This document shows, piece after piece, positions 1-14,444 of a stretch of DNA of 64,000 nucleotides; position 1 is the first letter of the stretch, and each line of letters starts with the position of its first letter. Location: contig OZ024749.1 in NCBI GenBank assembly GCA_964016885.1, forward strand, positions 43,462,001 through 43,526,000. The letters are read 5' to 3'. The DNA comes from Eledone cirrhosa. Lineage: Eukaryota. The notes below the pieces were generated by a model. That model searched no databases. It worked only from the letters and a program-made list of their open reading frames with translations, and had not been told where the DNA came from. A program made the position numbers and the translations under genes.

Positions 1-965
1 GTATGTAATATATAATATCCAAGCGAAGCCAAGTAGATATAAACCCTATAAATAAAGTTATTTACATTTCACATCACCGTGCAGCTGTACATGCCAAAGA
101 TCTTATTCTCTTCTCTCCCCTTATTCTGCAAAATTACATGTTTTCAGCACACGCGTTGATTTGTTTATCATCATTAAAATACGCGTAAAACTGTCTTATT
201 ACATTCTATGGCTTTTCCCGTGTATAATCTTTAACATATGACGTGTAATTAATATTTCTTACAACATTTCCACAATCGAGGAAGTCCGCTCCGATAAGCA
301 GGTTTACATATTACTGGAGACTGATCGATGGATATTTTCTATAACGCGTAGCTGAACTTCAATTTCGAATCAAATAGCGGGGTGGGGATGGGGTGTGGGT
401 TGTGAGCTTAGAATCGGTCAAAGTTTTGATAAGGAACATATCAGATCAGAGCAGTCAGTCAGGTCGGAAATGTGTATGGAAGGAGAGGGGAGAGGAGGGA
501 AGGGGAGGAAATAATGGTTGATCTATCGATTTTTTTTTTTAAGAATACATCGATGTGTTCTTAACAACCAGTTTCAATATGGCTAAAGTTATTTCCTCTA
601 GAGGTGTAGTGTTTACTAGACAAAGATTCATTGGTTGAGTTCACAACGGTGCATAGGTACAATTTCCGGATAAGAAATTGCCAACTTGTCATCAATAAGG
701 TAACAGCCAACTCGACCAATAAGCTATCATTATAAAATCATTTCAGCTTATACTTGACATCTAAGGTATCTTGATTACATCCTACGTCGGCAGTTTGGAC
801 AGAATGCAACGGGGAGAATAATTTGACCTCACCACCTATACAACGATTTCTTAAAATATTGATGACTTTATAGATCTGCCGCATGTCAAGGTCATTATTG
901 CCTTTTGCCTCTACTCAATAGCCAGAGGAAGTATTAATAATGGCTTCTAGTATATCTCTATCTTT

Positions 966-1442
<477 letters not shown>

Positions 1443-1734
1443 AGAGAGAGAGGTGGAGGGAGAGAGAGGTGGGAGATAAATCCTTGTTTTTAAAGAAAGA
1501 AAGTAAGAATCGGCTAATAAATCAGTTATTTCCTGGAATTAATACAATATACAGGTTTACAACTGTACAGAAGCTATGGATCATCCGTCTATTTCGACGA
1601 TGAACATGCAGTCTTTCGATCCACTGAACTGAAAGTATGACTTTTTAATTGAAGTCTAAGTGGCTGGTTGTTCTACTGACAACAGTTCGCAAAACCATAG
1701 TGACGCAATATGGGATGAAATTACAAGTATGATC

Positions 1735-1885
1735 TCTCCAACGGGCTTCCATACAGTTGCGGTCTACCTTCTCTCACTCATATGTCTTCGGTGAAACCGA
1801 ATGTACCGTAAACACATGCCAATGTTATTGGATTGATCCACGGACGTCAAGATTGTGAAGTGAGCTTCTTAATCATTCGGTCATT
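1735..1885 (-). mobile_element. Old degenerate tRNA-derived SINE
   Basis: 'gcttccatacagttgcggtctacc...gtgagcttcttaatcattcggtcat' resembles an octopus SINE from recall; heavily diverged. Confidence 0.45.
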
Positions 1886-2089
1886 GATACACTAGATACA
1901 GAAATATGTTAAAGATGATTGGAGAGGGTGGGGAGGATTGAACCAAAAACGGTGTAAACTTGATTAGGAAAGTAAATTGAGTCAATCATATAATCAGATC
2001 GAACAAAGAAAAATGTACATTTCCATTGGTCTTTCAAGTCGCAACATCTGACAGTACCATCGCTGCATTGCCAGTGACAATGGAACGGG

Positions 2090-2480
2090 CAAGCTTTGAA
2101 CTCAGAACACACAGCACCGGAACAGATACCACAAGGAACCCTGTGCGAATCTCTCTCAATTCCGCCAATCCATCACTACCTGAACCGGTACTTTATTTAT
2201 CGTTCGCGAAGGACTGTAAAGGCAAAGTTGACCACAGCATTATTTAAATTCAGAAGGCAAAGAGCCGGTACAAATATCTAAGCATGTCTTTTAATCCGTT
2301 GCTCAAACGATTCAGCCAATCCATCGCCTCTTGGACTGATACCTTATTTATCGACCGCGAAGGGACGGAAAAGCAAAGTTGACCTCGACGCTATGTTAGC
2401 TCAGAAGGCAAAGCGCCGGAACAAATACCTAGGTATATATTTTAATCCGTTGCTCTAACGACTCGGCCATTTCGACGCCT
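2090..2480 (-). mobile_element. Three tandem old SINE-A 5' portions
   Basis: Three repeats of a unit containing 'ctcagaa...ccgg(a/t)aca(a/g)ata...gccaatccatc'; two also contain the 'tttatcg...aaggcaaagttgacc' core. Confidence 0.7.
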
Positions 2481-2991
2481 GTGTTGACTAAAGTTCATCT
2501 GAAATATGTCAGCCAACTATTTATGTAAAGTGCAATCGCTTAAATGATGAAATATATTCGTATGTCTTCTTTCCATGTTGTTGATCAGAATGAGAATCAA
2601 AATGAAATCTAAATTTATTGGGTATCACAAAGCCACCAGAAGCTTTTGTATTTCTGGACGGAATTCTATGACATTTGGCATATAAACAGAAATGAAACTG
2701 GCTACGATAGTCACGCATTTCATTCTTATCAGAATTAATTTTGGAAAACAACATCTATTTCTGTCCATAGAATATTATTTTAGTTACAACGTTTAGTGAC
2801 AACGTTTGTAGATTTTCATGTCTATCAACAAGTAGGCGATTCATTACCAAGGGGCTTGATATTCACGAACTAACAATTGTTTCGAGAGAAGAATTCGCCA
2901 AGTAAAGACTGGAACTTAACCTCACAATAATTTTTATCAATTTTTGAAAATAATAAATAAATATTATTTTGCATTTGTATATGCTGCAACG

Positions 2992-3067
<76 letters not shown>

Positions 3068-3107
3068 ACACAATTTGCCTACCATTTGTGACTTTAAGAA
3101 ACAATTT

Positions 3108-3177
<70 letters not shown>

Positions 3178-3237
3178 AAATTGTCTCTCATATATATATA
3201 CATAATGCTTTGATTATTTGTTACGATTCTTTTCGTT

Positions 3238-3358
3238 CTGCCAAAGTTAGCTTTGCCTTTCCTCCTTAACGGGTTGAAACATTAGTACCAGTATATATTC
3301 GATTCTCCATCCCTCCCAAAATTGTTGGCCTCGTGCCTAAATAAGAAACTATTATTAT
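3238..3358 (+). mobile_element. SINE-A 3' fragment (long subfamily)
   Basis: Core 'gttagctttgcctttcctcctt' plus tail 'ggcctcgtgcctaaataagaaactattatt'. Confidence 0.65.
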
Positions 3359-4454
3359 ATAACATACGCACCGCACCCCACCCACAATTGATTATAATAA
3401 CAATCAGTTCAGCAACATAAAACATTTGAAACCCAAGTACAAACAAACAAACAAACAAACAAACAGAAACCAAACAAAAATTGTTTTAATCCAACTGAGA
3501 TAACACCAACAGCATTCCTAATATCCCCAACACCACCAACAACACCACCAACAACACCATCACCACCAAAAGAAACAATATTTCCTTTAATTAAAATATT
3601 TAATCAATTGATCAAATAAAACCTCTCCATATATTCTCAGAATATTTTCAATTAACAACGCTCTAAGGTGGAAAAAAATGACTTCGCTCTCTAGAACTAG
3701 AAAAGAAAATATTTTTATTGCATTTTACAATTATTGTCGCCATTGTTTTTATCATTATTATTACTATTATTACTATTATTATCATTATTGTTGTTGTTGT
3801 TGTTGTTATTATTGTTATTATTGTTATTATTACTATTATTATTATTAATACTACTATCATCATTATTATTGTTGTTGTTGTTGTTCTTCTTCTTCTTATT
3901 ATTATTATTATTATTATTATTATCATCATTATTATCATCATCGCTATCATAATCATTTTTTTGTTATTGTTTTTATCTAATGTTTTATACTTGTTTTCGA
4001 TTGCAGTGATTTCCCATTTTTAGATTCGAGTTAAGTTCTTTATCTTTCTGGGTTTTTTTATATTTAGAAATATTGGCGATATATTTGTTACTTTGCATTA
4101 TTTTCGTAACTATTTTATTTTTATTTCTGTTGTTAACTTTACTTGTTATGTAGATTTAATTATTCCCCTTTGATATTGTTTGTTGGCAGTTTCTGATGTT
4201 TTATCTATGACTCTTCGATTAATCCATCAATTGAACTTCTTGTGTGCATACTTCACTAACTTCAGTGCGGGGTGCGGAGTGCTTTGATTTGTGTGTGTGT
4301 GTTTATGTGTGTGTGTACGTGTTTGTGTGTCTGTGTATGTGCGTGTGTGTGTGTGCATGTGCATATTTTTTAGAAGCTCCATTAAAAATTGGATTCTGAA
4401 ATGAAAGAACCAACTTTAAATGATATTGCACGTGTGTATATCTATATATATATA

Positions 4455-4618
<164 letters not shown>

Positions 4619-4878
4619 TATATATATATATATATATGTGTGTATATATATATATATATAATGTGTGTGTACATCTGTAATTATACGCACATATATATTA
4701 TATGTACGTGCTTACCTGCATGTGTATGTCGTCCTAAAATATTGCGTTAATATATTATCCTGTTATCTTTATTAATTTTTTTTCTGTTTGTTTAAAAAGT
4801 TAAAACTCAAAATTTAATTGACAGCTCAAGGACACGCATTGCACCTGAAGCATGAATTATCTCTCTCCCCCTCCCCCG

Positions 4879-4969
<91 letters not shown>

Positions 4970-5031
4970 TTCTTTCTTCTCATGTTATATATATATATAT
5001 ATATATATATTTAGAATAAGGAAAAGCGGGC

Positions 5032-5067
<36 letters not shown>

Positions 5068-5080
5068 AAGGAATGTGCGG

Positions 5081-5146
<66 letters not shown>

Positions 5147-5887
5147 CGCACATTCGTGAAATCTATAAGAGATAAAATCATACATGCTCGCAAAACACAT
5201 GCTCTAGGATAAAAGCAAACTTATTTAATTTAATTACTTAGGGAATCAACTTTATAATTGTCAGTGTTACCGTTTCTGTCAACGATCTTTATTCTCGGTA
5301 AAAACGCCATTTTGAAAATTTTGCAATTAGACAGAATTGTAAAACTTCAGAATAATTATGTGACCTGCTAGAACCCATTAAGGAATAGATTTGCTTCCTA
5401 ATCAGCTTTAATGCACTGGAAACGGAAGAGAACTACATTATTCAATGCGTTATTCAATGTAGAAATCGGTCAAAGGAATATGTACAATATACTATCGTGT
5501 TACGCAAATTTGAACTAACACGTGGTCCTCTCTCAGTTTCGATGGTGAGTGTTACAATGTGTTCTATAAACGGAACACCGCTGCTTGTGAGTGACATTAA
5601 TAAGCAAGTACCTGGGTATTTCAGAAATACCTATACACGTAACTTAATTCGCTGATGGGTCTCCGTGAACGAGAATGTGACAAGGCTGGACCTTGGAATC
5701 ACAGTATTTATCTGTGTGTGTGTATACACACACTTTCATATACATGCATACATACATATATATACATATATATATATATACAAGTGGAAGGTTAGTAAAA
5801 TCGAAGTTACGGCAGGTGGCCAAACCCACGAAGCACTCAATAAGAATGTATCGATAAATCAATAGACTACACCTTAGAGTAAGTAAT

Positions 5888-6071
5888 TGTTTCTACTTTA
5901 GGCACAAGGCCAGCAATTCTCAATGCATTACTGGTACTTTATTTTATCGACCCCGTAAGGATGAAAGGCAAAGTCAACCTCGGCGGGATTTGAACTCAGA
6001 TCGTAAAGGGACGTAACTATGCTGGAAAGCATGGCGTCCGACCCTCTACCGATACTGCCAATCCACCGCCC
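5888..6071 (-). mobile_element. Full-length tRNA-derived SINE-A with 14-bp TSD
   Basis: On the minus strand: A box 'tggcagtatcgg', B box 'gagttcaaatccc', core 'gcctttcatccttacggggtcgataaaataaagtaccag'. TSD ttagagtaagtaat at 5874-5887 and 6072-6085. Confidence 0.92.
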
Positions 6072-6241
6072 TTAGAGTAAGTAATATATGTTAGACAGCG
6101 TGACATTGAAAGCTGTGGCTAGGTAACATAGCTACATAAGTCGCCAAAATAACGAAAATACAATCAGGTAAAATAACAAACCTTGACCCTTGACCCTATC
6201 GAGGGATATTATGCAATATCCTAGATTGGTTTCTATGAGTT

Positions 6242-6330
<89 letters not shown>

Positions 6331-6332
6331 TA

Positions 6333-6395
<63 letters not shown>

Positions 6396-6397
<2 letters not shown>

Positions 6398-6612
6398 CGA
6401 AGGAAATGTGGTAAGGAACCAGGTGGACCATAACGCACCAAAGTACTCAATACTTAGGGTAGTAGAGTGGGTAATAGGAACAAGTAAGACCCCGACGGCT
6501 GAGCTCAAGCCGTTTCGACGGATATTTGCTCTACGGTTCTTATATATTTGATATATATTTATCCTTATCGAGCCCTCTTTGGATTTTAGTCTTCAAATTT
6601 ATTATTATTACT
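6396..6612 (-). mobile_element. Chimera of Family B (6396-6521) and Family C (6522-6612) in (TA)n
   Basis: The Family B body stops about 5 nt into the hairpin stem and joins 'atatttgctctacggttcttatatatttg...', which recurs at 20042-20130, 20442-20530 (inverted) and 52552-52640 (inverted). Confidence 0.8.
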
Positions 6613-6634
6613 ATATATATATATATATATATAT

Positions 6635-6853
6635 AATTCAAGGAGACAACAAACAGAGGTACAAAATGTCTTATTAGTTTCCCGCTTTATATGGAAAGAG
6701 GAAAGAAAGTTCGACGTGTCAGACGTAAGCCTTTCTTCAGGATTACAAAATAGAGACGAGTTCACAAATGAGAAAGAGAAAAGGTCCGAACAAAAAAAAA
6801 ATGAAAATGAAGAATGTATTATATATATATATATATAATACATTCTTCATTTT
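6635..6853 (-). mobile_element. PLE pLTR-like fragment with degenerate hammerhead
   Basis: Minus strand 6710-6743 reads tc-CUGAAGA-aaggc-ttac-gtct-GAcAC-GUC-ga. The downstream sequence resembles 58740-58942. Confidence 0.55.
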
Positions 6854-7850
6854 AATTTATATATATATATATCCGAATGTAGTTGTCGACCGAGAGAAAA
6901 GAGTACTCAATAGCGAAGTAGAGTTTACATAAACGAGTATTACAAAGCATTCTATCCAACGTTCTAACGACTCTGCCAATTTGCCGCCTTACACAAACGT
7001 ATATAGTTGATTACAGATTAAAATATTTGCTCGTAAGAATAGAACATATGATTAATAACATGCAGCGAGCAACAATGTCTATATTTAGCGAATTAAATGT
7101 TGGAAATAATTGCATTAAACTTATTTGTAATCTCAACGTTTAAAATATAATACTGGCAAAGTGACCTTCATAAATTAAACTTTAAATTGATTTTTAAAAA
7201 ATATATTTCTTTTTTTTTTTATTATTTTCCTTTTTTTTTTTTTCTTTCTACTTTTTCTTTTTTTTTTTGTTAAGTGTTCCAATCAAATTTAGAGAGAAGA
7301 ACGAAAGTAGAAAATAAAATCTGTAAACAGCGGCTGTAATAGGAAACAACCAAATGGTACATTAGGACAGGAATATATTTAAAACATGTTTATTTACTTA
7401 CTGAATAATTTTCTTTCGAGCTGTTCAAAATATGTTTCCACTAGTGCAACGTATGTGTGTTTTACTGTACAAGATACGAAAAGCACACTACAGTAAAACT
7501 CATTAGAAAATAAAATAAAATTTAATATACGTATTTTTTTTTAAACATGGAAAACAGAATTGCAGTTTAAAACTGGAAGCTGAGTTTTATATAATTGTGT
7601 TTTTGATGTTAGTTTCAAAATGTATTTATTTATGTATGTCTTCTTATATTTATCGATTTAGTTATTCAAGTAGGTTTCCTTAATATCTAATGATGATATG
7701 TATTATTTTGCTTATACATGCATACGTATATAAACATATATATACATATACAGTACATATATACATATGCATATATGTTTATATGTATGTATATGTATAT
7801 ATGATATGTATGTATATATGTATGTATATATGTATGTATATATATATATG

Positions 7851-7926
<76 letters not shown>

Positions 7927-8076
7927 ATATATGCATATATATATGAATATATGTTTATATATTTATATGTATGTAGATACATATATATATGTGTGTGTAT
8001 GTATATAGTTAAATATATGTATGTGTATGTGTGTGTATATATATATAAGTATATATATATGTATATATATATATAT

Positions 8077-8108
<32 letters not shown>

Positions 8109-8109
8109 C

Positions 8110-8194
<85 letters not shown>

Positions 8195-8291
8195 CATATA
8201 CATAACTATATACGTACATATATATATGTATCTACATACATATAAATATACAAACATATATTCATATATATATGCATATATCCATGCATAA

Positions 8292-8422
<131 letters not shown>

Positions 8423-8451
8423 TACATACATATATATACATTCACATATAT

Positions 8452-9021
8452 ATGGTGGCTGCCAACTCGTTTTCGAGTACGGCCACTACTTTATATCCAT
8501 GTGGGAGAACCCTTACCGATGCGCTGAACAAGTGTGACTTTTTAGTCCAGCCAGCGCCTTGAAAACTCTGGTACAAACACTACACTTGTGACAATTATTG
8601 ACACATAGTGCTGGGCCCATGGTACCATGTGACGACAACTGCAGAGAGATCTCCAGATATAAAGCAATGCCTGTGCTGTGAAGCTTTTATAGTGAGCAAA
8701 GGCACTGCACAAAGAACAGTCCCACTCTCTTAACCAAGATGATATTTACCAAAAAGTAGAACAAGTCAACATCATTGGATACCATCAGGGTTGTATGTGT
8801 TATATCAGAGTTTTCCTTCTCCTAGAATTATGCCTTGACAATGGCTAAGCGGTCATCTCTCCCGGTGATTTTGGATGGCCATTGACTCTTAAGAGCTCCT
8901 TTGCCCTTTGACAGGTTTTGTTTTTAGTCCTGCAGGATGTCCAAAGTCACCCTCCTCACCAAGAAACCTTGGTGGGATTGCTAGTTTAGTCGCCAACGAC
9001 CCGACCATGGGTCAAGTTGTA
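8452..9021 (-). mobile_element. Family I retroposon copy (slightly 5'-truncated)
   Basis: Highly similar inverted copy of 11770-12370; flanked by CATA/TA tracts. Confidence 0.88.
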
Positions 9022-9162
9022 CATATATACATACATATCATATATACATATACATACATATAAACATATACATATACATCCATAGATTTATAAATATATA
9101 TATAGATATAGATACATAGATGTATACATACCTACATACAAACATAGATACATACACACACA

Positions 9163-9317
<155 letters not shown>

Positions 9318-9563
9318 AGAGAGAGAGCGAGAGAGAGAGATACATGCATATTTAGATATACATACATATATATATACATACATACATGTACAAATTAAAA
9401 TATATACACACAAATACATACAGAGATACACACACACAAACACACATTCACACACACAGAGAAATACATATATATAGCAACATATACTTTTGCCATGAAT
9501 TTTATTTTCTTATTTTCTTTCCAGAAATAGAGCGCGACACAATAAAATGTAATACAAAATAAT

Positions 9564-9936
9564 AGTTCCTACTTTTGGCACAAGGCCAGCAATTATCACA
9601 GTGTATTACTGGTACTTTATTTTATCGACCCCGTAAGCATGAAAGGCATAGTTAACCTCGGCGGGATTTGAACCCAGTCCGTAAAGGGACGTAGCTGTGC
9701 TGCAAAGAATGGCGTCCGATCCTCTACCGATACTGCCAATCACAAAATAATTGTTTCTACTTAATGCACAAGGCCAGCAATTCACCAGTGCATTACTGGT
9801 ACTTTATTTTATCGACCCTCTAAGGATGAAAGGCAAAGTCAACCTTGGCGGGATTTGAACTCAGATCGTAAGGGGACGTAACTATGCTGGAAAGCATGGC
9901 GTCCAACCCTCTACCGATACTGCCAATCCACCGCCC
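9564..9936 (-). mobile_element. Two head-to-tail SINE-A copies
   Basis: Two complete units; target-like 'acaaaataat' occurs before, between and after them. Confidence 0.9.
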
Positions 9937-10052
9937 TACGTCACAAAATAATGCAATAAAAAAAGGCAGGTAAACATTTATATAATGTGATTATTTAATC
10001 CTATCGACGTAATTGTTTCACAAGTAAAATAAACAGAATAAACAGAATATAT

Positions 10053-10125
10053 ACTGTTGTCTCCCGGTATTCGCGGTGGTTAGTTCCTAGAGCACCGGCG
10101 AAGAGTGAAAAACCGCGAATATTGT
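10053..10125 (+). mobile_element. Tigger/pogo-like terminal fragment
   Basis: 'tactgttgtctcccggtattcgcggtggttagttcc...aaaaccgcgaata' resembles Tigger-type left ends (recall); no partner end found. Confidence 0.45.
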
Positions 10126-10167
10126 ACTTGGTCCATAAACATTTCTATAAACATCAAAATATAACAG

Positions 10168-10498
10168 GGTTGATAAATAAAGTGCCAGTGAAATACCGGT
10201 GTCAATATAATCAACTTTCCCCACCCAACGAATAACAGGCCTTCTGCCTAGATTAGAAATCCTTATTTAGCTGGATTAGGGCAGTGGATTAGCAATGTCG
10301 GTAGAGCGTCGAACAATGTTTTGCAGCATAGAGTAACGTTTTTTTTTACATTCTGAGTTCAAATCCCACCAAGGTTAGCTTTGCCTTTTATCCTTACCGG
10401 GTCGATAAAATAAAGTAGTTGAGACATACTAGGGTCGATTTAATCGAATTTCCCCACCACAAAAATTCTTGGACTCGTGCCTAAATCAGGAACCATTA
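10168..10498 (+). mobile_element. SINE-A long subfamily: 3' fragment plus full copy (10279-10498)
   Basis: A/B boxes, core, extra 'gggtcgatttaatcgaatttcccc' segment; 'agctggatt' on both sides of the full copy. Confidence 0.8.
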
Positions 10499-10683
10499 TC
10501 AAGCTGGATTCAGAAACAGATTTAACAATTATATTTAAGGGTTTTTTTCCTTATACATATGGAAACAATGAAATATGAACAGCTTTGAAATATAGAACGA
10601 AGGGAGGTGTTAGGCTGTTTGGTATCAAAACTGTTAATATCCCTTTCTTTATATTTTTTCCTACTCCTCTGCCATTATTGGCT

Positions 10684-10872
10684 GCGGTGGATTGGCAGTA
10701 TCGGTAGAGAGTCGGACGCCAAGCTTTCCAGCATAGTTACGTCCCTCTACGGTCTGAGTTCAAATCCCGCCGAGGTTCACTTTGCCTTTCCTCCTTATAG
10801 GGTCGATAAAATAAAGTACCAGTAATGCACTGAGTAATAGCTGGCCTTGTGCCAAAAGTAGAAACAATTATT
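10684..10872 (+). mobile_element. SINE-A with 10-bp TSD
   Basis: Complete unit; attattggct at 10674-10683 and 10867-10876. Confidence 0.9.
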
Positions 10873-11380
10873 GGCTACCTCTCAGCATTCCCTAATTTTT
10901 TTATTCTAGTTTCGTATTTACAGGTCCAGCTCTTCCTCTTATTCTTTGGCACACGTCTTCATACTTCTCCTTTTACGGTTCACAGCCCATTCGCAGCGCA
11001 ACTCGCTGCAGCAAATTAATTTCTATATCAATCACGACGGTGAAATTTTCCCTTTGACCCTGTCTTCATGTCATGTGACCTTTGATTTTGGTTTATCAAT
11101 GTAAAACAACAGGAAAATGCGGTTAATGAAGCGTTCAGGGGACGTATTATCATCTATCAAATAGATTTCTCTGCAAATATATCTATAAATACATACATAT
11201 TAATATGTATATAAGTTTCTTTATAAACATACACACACACACACACACACGCGCACACACACACACATTTATATATATATATGTGTGTGTGTGTGTGTTA
11301 GAGATAAAACGCAGATAAGATTGATTACAACAACTAAATTGGTTTCTTAAACATCACGTGTTGCTTATGAGAATTATTCA

Positions 11381-11428
<48 letters not shown>

Positions 11429-11643
11429 ATATATTGGGGGGGAGGGGCGTATATGTGCGTTTACATTTACATGGGTATATGAATGAGGATATATGTGTGT
11501 GCGAATGTAGGCAAATATATATTACAATACAATTTGGTATATATCGTCGATATATGTTATAGTATATTCATGAATATTTATAAGAAAGCACACAAACAAT
11601 TACACACAAATATACACACACATATACATACATACACACACAC

Positions 11644-11707
<64 letters not shown>

Positions 11708-11769
11708 GTATGTATGTATGTATGTATGTATGTATGTATGTATGTATGTATGTATGTATGTATGTATGT

Positions 11770-12368
11770 CAGGTCACCAGTTGGTGCTACTGGTAACATG
11801 TATCCCAGTACAACATGTCTCATGGTCGGGTCGTTGGCGACTAAACTGGCAATCCCACCAAGGTTTCTTGGTGAGGAGGGTGACTTTGGACATCCTGCCG
11901 GACTAAAAACAAAACCTGTCAAAGGGCAAAGGAGCTCTTAAGAGTCAAAGGCCATCCAAAATCACCGGGAGAGATGACCCCTTAGCCTTTGTCAAGGCAG
12001 AATTCTAGGAGAAGGAAAACTCTGATATAACACCTGCAACCCTGATGGTATCCAATGATGTTGACTTGTTCTTCTTTTTGGTAAATATCATCTTGGTTAA
12101 GAGAGTGGGACTGGCTTTGTGCAGTGCCTTTGCTCACTATAAAAGCTTCACGGCACAGGCATTATATCTGGAGATCTCTCTGCACTTGTCGTCACATGGT
12201 ACCATGGGCCTAGCACTGTGTCAATAATTGTCACAGGTGTAGTGTTTGTACCAGAGTTTTCAAGTCGCTGGCTGGACTAAAAAGTCACACTCGTTCAGCA
12301 CATCGGTAGGGGTTCTCCTACATGGATATAAAGTTGTGGTCGTACTCGAAAACGAGTTGGCAGCCACC

Positions 12369-12370
<2 letters not shown>
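11770..12370 (+). mobile_element. Family I about 600-bp non-autonomous retroposon, longest copy, in (TATG)n
   Basis: Three copies share the 3' end and differ in 5' truncation. Contains 'ctaggagaaggaaaactctga', reminiscent of RTE-clade 5' UTRs (recall). No ORF of note. Confidence 0.85.
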
Positions 12371-12401
<31 letters not shown>

Positions 12402-14444
12402 TGTATGTATGTATGTATGTATGTATGTATGTATATGGTGGGTGGATGTTAAATATAGACAAAGAGATGGGAAGCACGAGACAGGGAGGGAGACAACGAC
12501 AGAAAGAACGAACGCTCAAACGAATGAGAGTTCGTGAGAATGTAAGTATGTAACAACAGTGGCTGTTTATTGGCGTGGGGTGGTCTCTGCTGTAACAAGG
12601 ATGCCCCCTAAATATTTTAAAAGCTCCAAATTCTATTCTACCATAATTAAAGCACAAGAGCCCCGATGTAAGTTTCAGCTGAGGGCTCTATTCAAACTTC
12701 AGCTGCACTTGGATAAAAGTACCTTGCGGTAGATTGAAGAGACATGAAAATATAACAACATCGAACTATTTACATGTTGAATCGACTGTATTTACAAAAT
12801 GACTAGTCTGGGTATTGAATCTCCCCGTTTCTGGAATATTATGTCATTCACAAATATACTTCAGTTTCTTATCTCTGATCCAGACCACTGTAACTTGTAT
12901 TTGTATTTGGAATCATTTAAAACCACAGAATTTCAATATCCAGGGTGCTCCCAAATAATGTATTCACTCTTCAACAATATTCTAATAAATATGTGTATAC
13001 ATCTTTTGACGACACTCTGTGTTTTTGCTACACATTTATAGATGAGCAGTAGAGTAATAGTTTATAATTATATTAAAGTTAAAACAATGCACTATTTCTG
13101 TATTATTTGCACACTGCTCCACCCTTGCGATATATTTGGTATTTTTAAATTAAATAAAAGAGAGTTATATAAACAGGACTTTCCAATGACAGAAGTTCAT
13201 CTAAGCTATAGAAGTCAACAAAACTTTGGTTGAATATAGGTTTCAACGTCTCTGCTGTTTACATTTGTTAACTTTATACCTTATTAAAACCAGGAAAATG
13301 CGGTCAATAAATGGTAAAATGCGGTCGCTGAATGGTAAAATGCATGTGCCAAATTATAATGCAGTGTCAGTGGTGATATACGACAAATCAACTGTCAACC
13401 TTTCAACTCGATCAACAACGATTGTGTCACGAAAAGTTCGGAATTGTAAATGCAGGCATCAGTTTAAAAGTCTATCCAGTGTGAATATATCAGTTTACTG
13501 CAGTCGTTATTTAATTCAACATTTCCGGTATTCAGTAATGTCAAAATATATTCAATATAGGTGTAATACTTTTGAAAAGAAATGTAACATTTTATATTGC
13601 TAACATTTCCTCAACTCCTAAATTAAAAAAAAAATGTCCACCAAATGTAGTAATATTGGATATTCCGTTGTGTACTTAAGTTATCAGAGTGAGTCATATT
13701 TCTTTCTTTAAGGTCAATGTATTTGTTTTCTCAAATATTGTCCTCAAACATCTGAAAGATTAATATTTGTTATCTAAGCTCAACATCGAAATAATGGAGC
13801 TAACCTTTCTAACCAAATATTTTTGACATTTGCTTATAGGTGTGTTAGAAATACGAAGAACATTGTCATTTATGTCGCGGCCAACCACTCCACAGTTCAC
13901 CTACGATTTCATCCAGCATGTTTGTCTAATAGTTATTCACATTAAGAACGGCCCACCGATATTTTGATATTTTGTATCATTTTATTTTCAAACTAACGGG
14001 ATTTCTATGAAAGAATTTACATATATCTAACTGCAAAATATTAAACCTTTCAGAATGATTGCATGGAGGCGTATGTCAACAATTAATAGATCAGATCCTT
14101 TCAGATATATTCCATCAGTCGAGAGAGTAATAATATATGTTATAGCTCTCCCCATTATTCATCATGGTGATTTATTTTATTATCAAGTTCCAGAAATACA
14201 AAATAGTTTAGTCAAGCGTAACGAAGGATCTTCCATATTAGCGATATCTACCGATCCTGCTTTCATACAATTATGAACAAAACGAATGAAACTACAGATG
14301 GATTTCATAAATCATTTTAAATCGTAAATGGATGCACGGCAAATACAAATGGATGCACGGCAAATATAAATGGATTTACGATATCTATTGGGACAAAGCC
14401 ACCGATTTGTAAGGGAAAATAAACGATGTTGAATCAGTCCTAGT

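Noticed and set aside
11850-11890. Twister ribozyme in Family I ('gaggagggtg')
   Set aside because: The conserved CCGGUCCCAAGCCCGG-type P4/L4 is absent.
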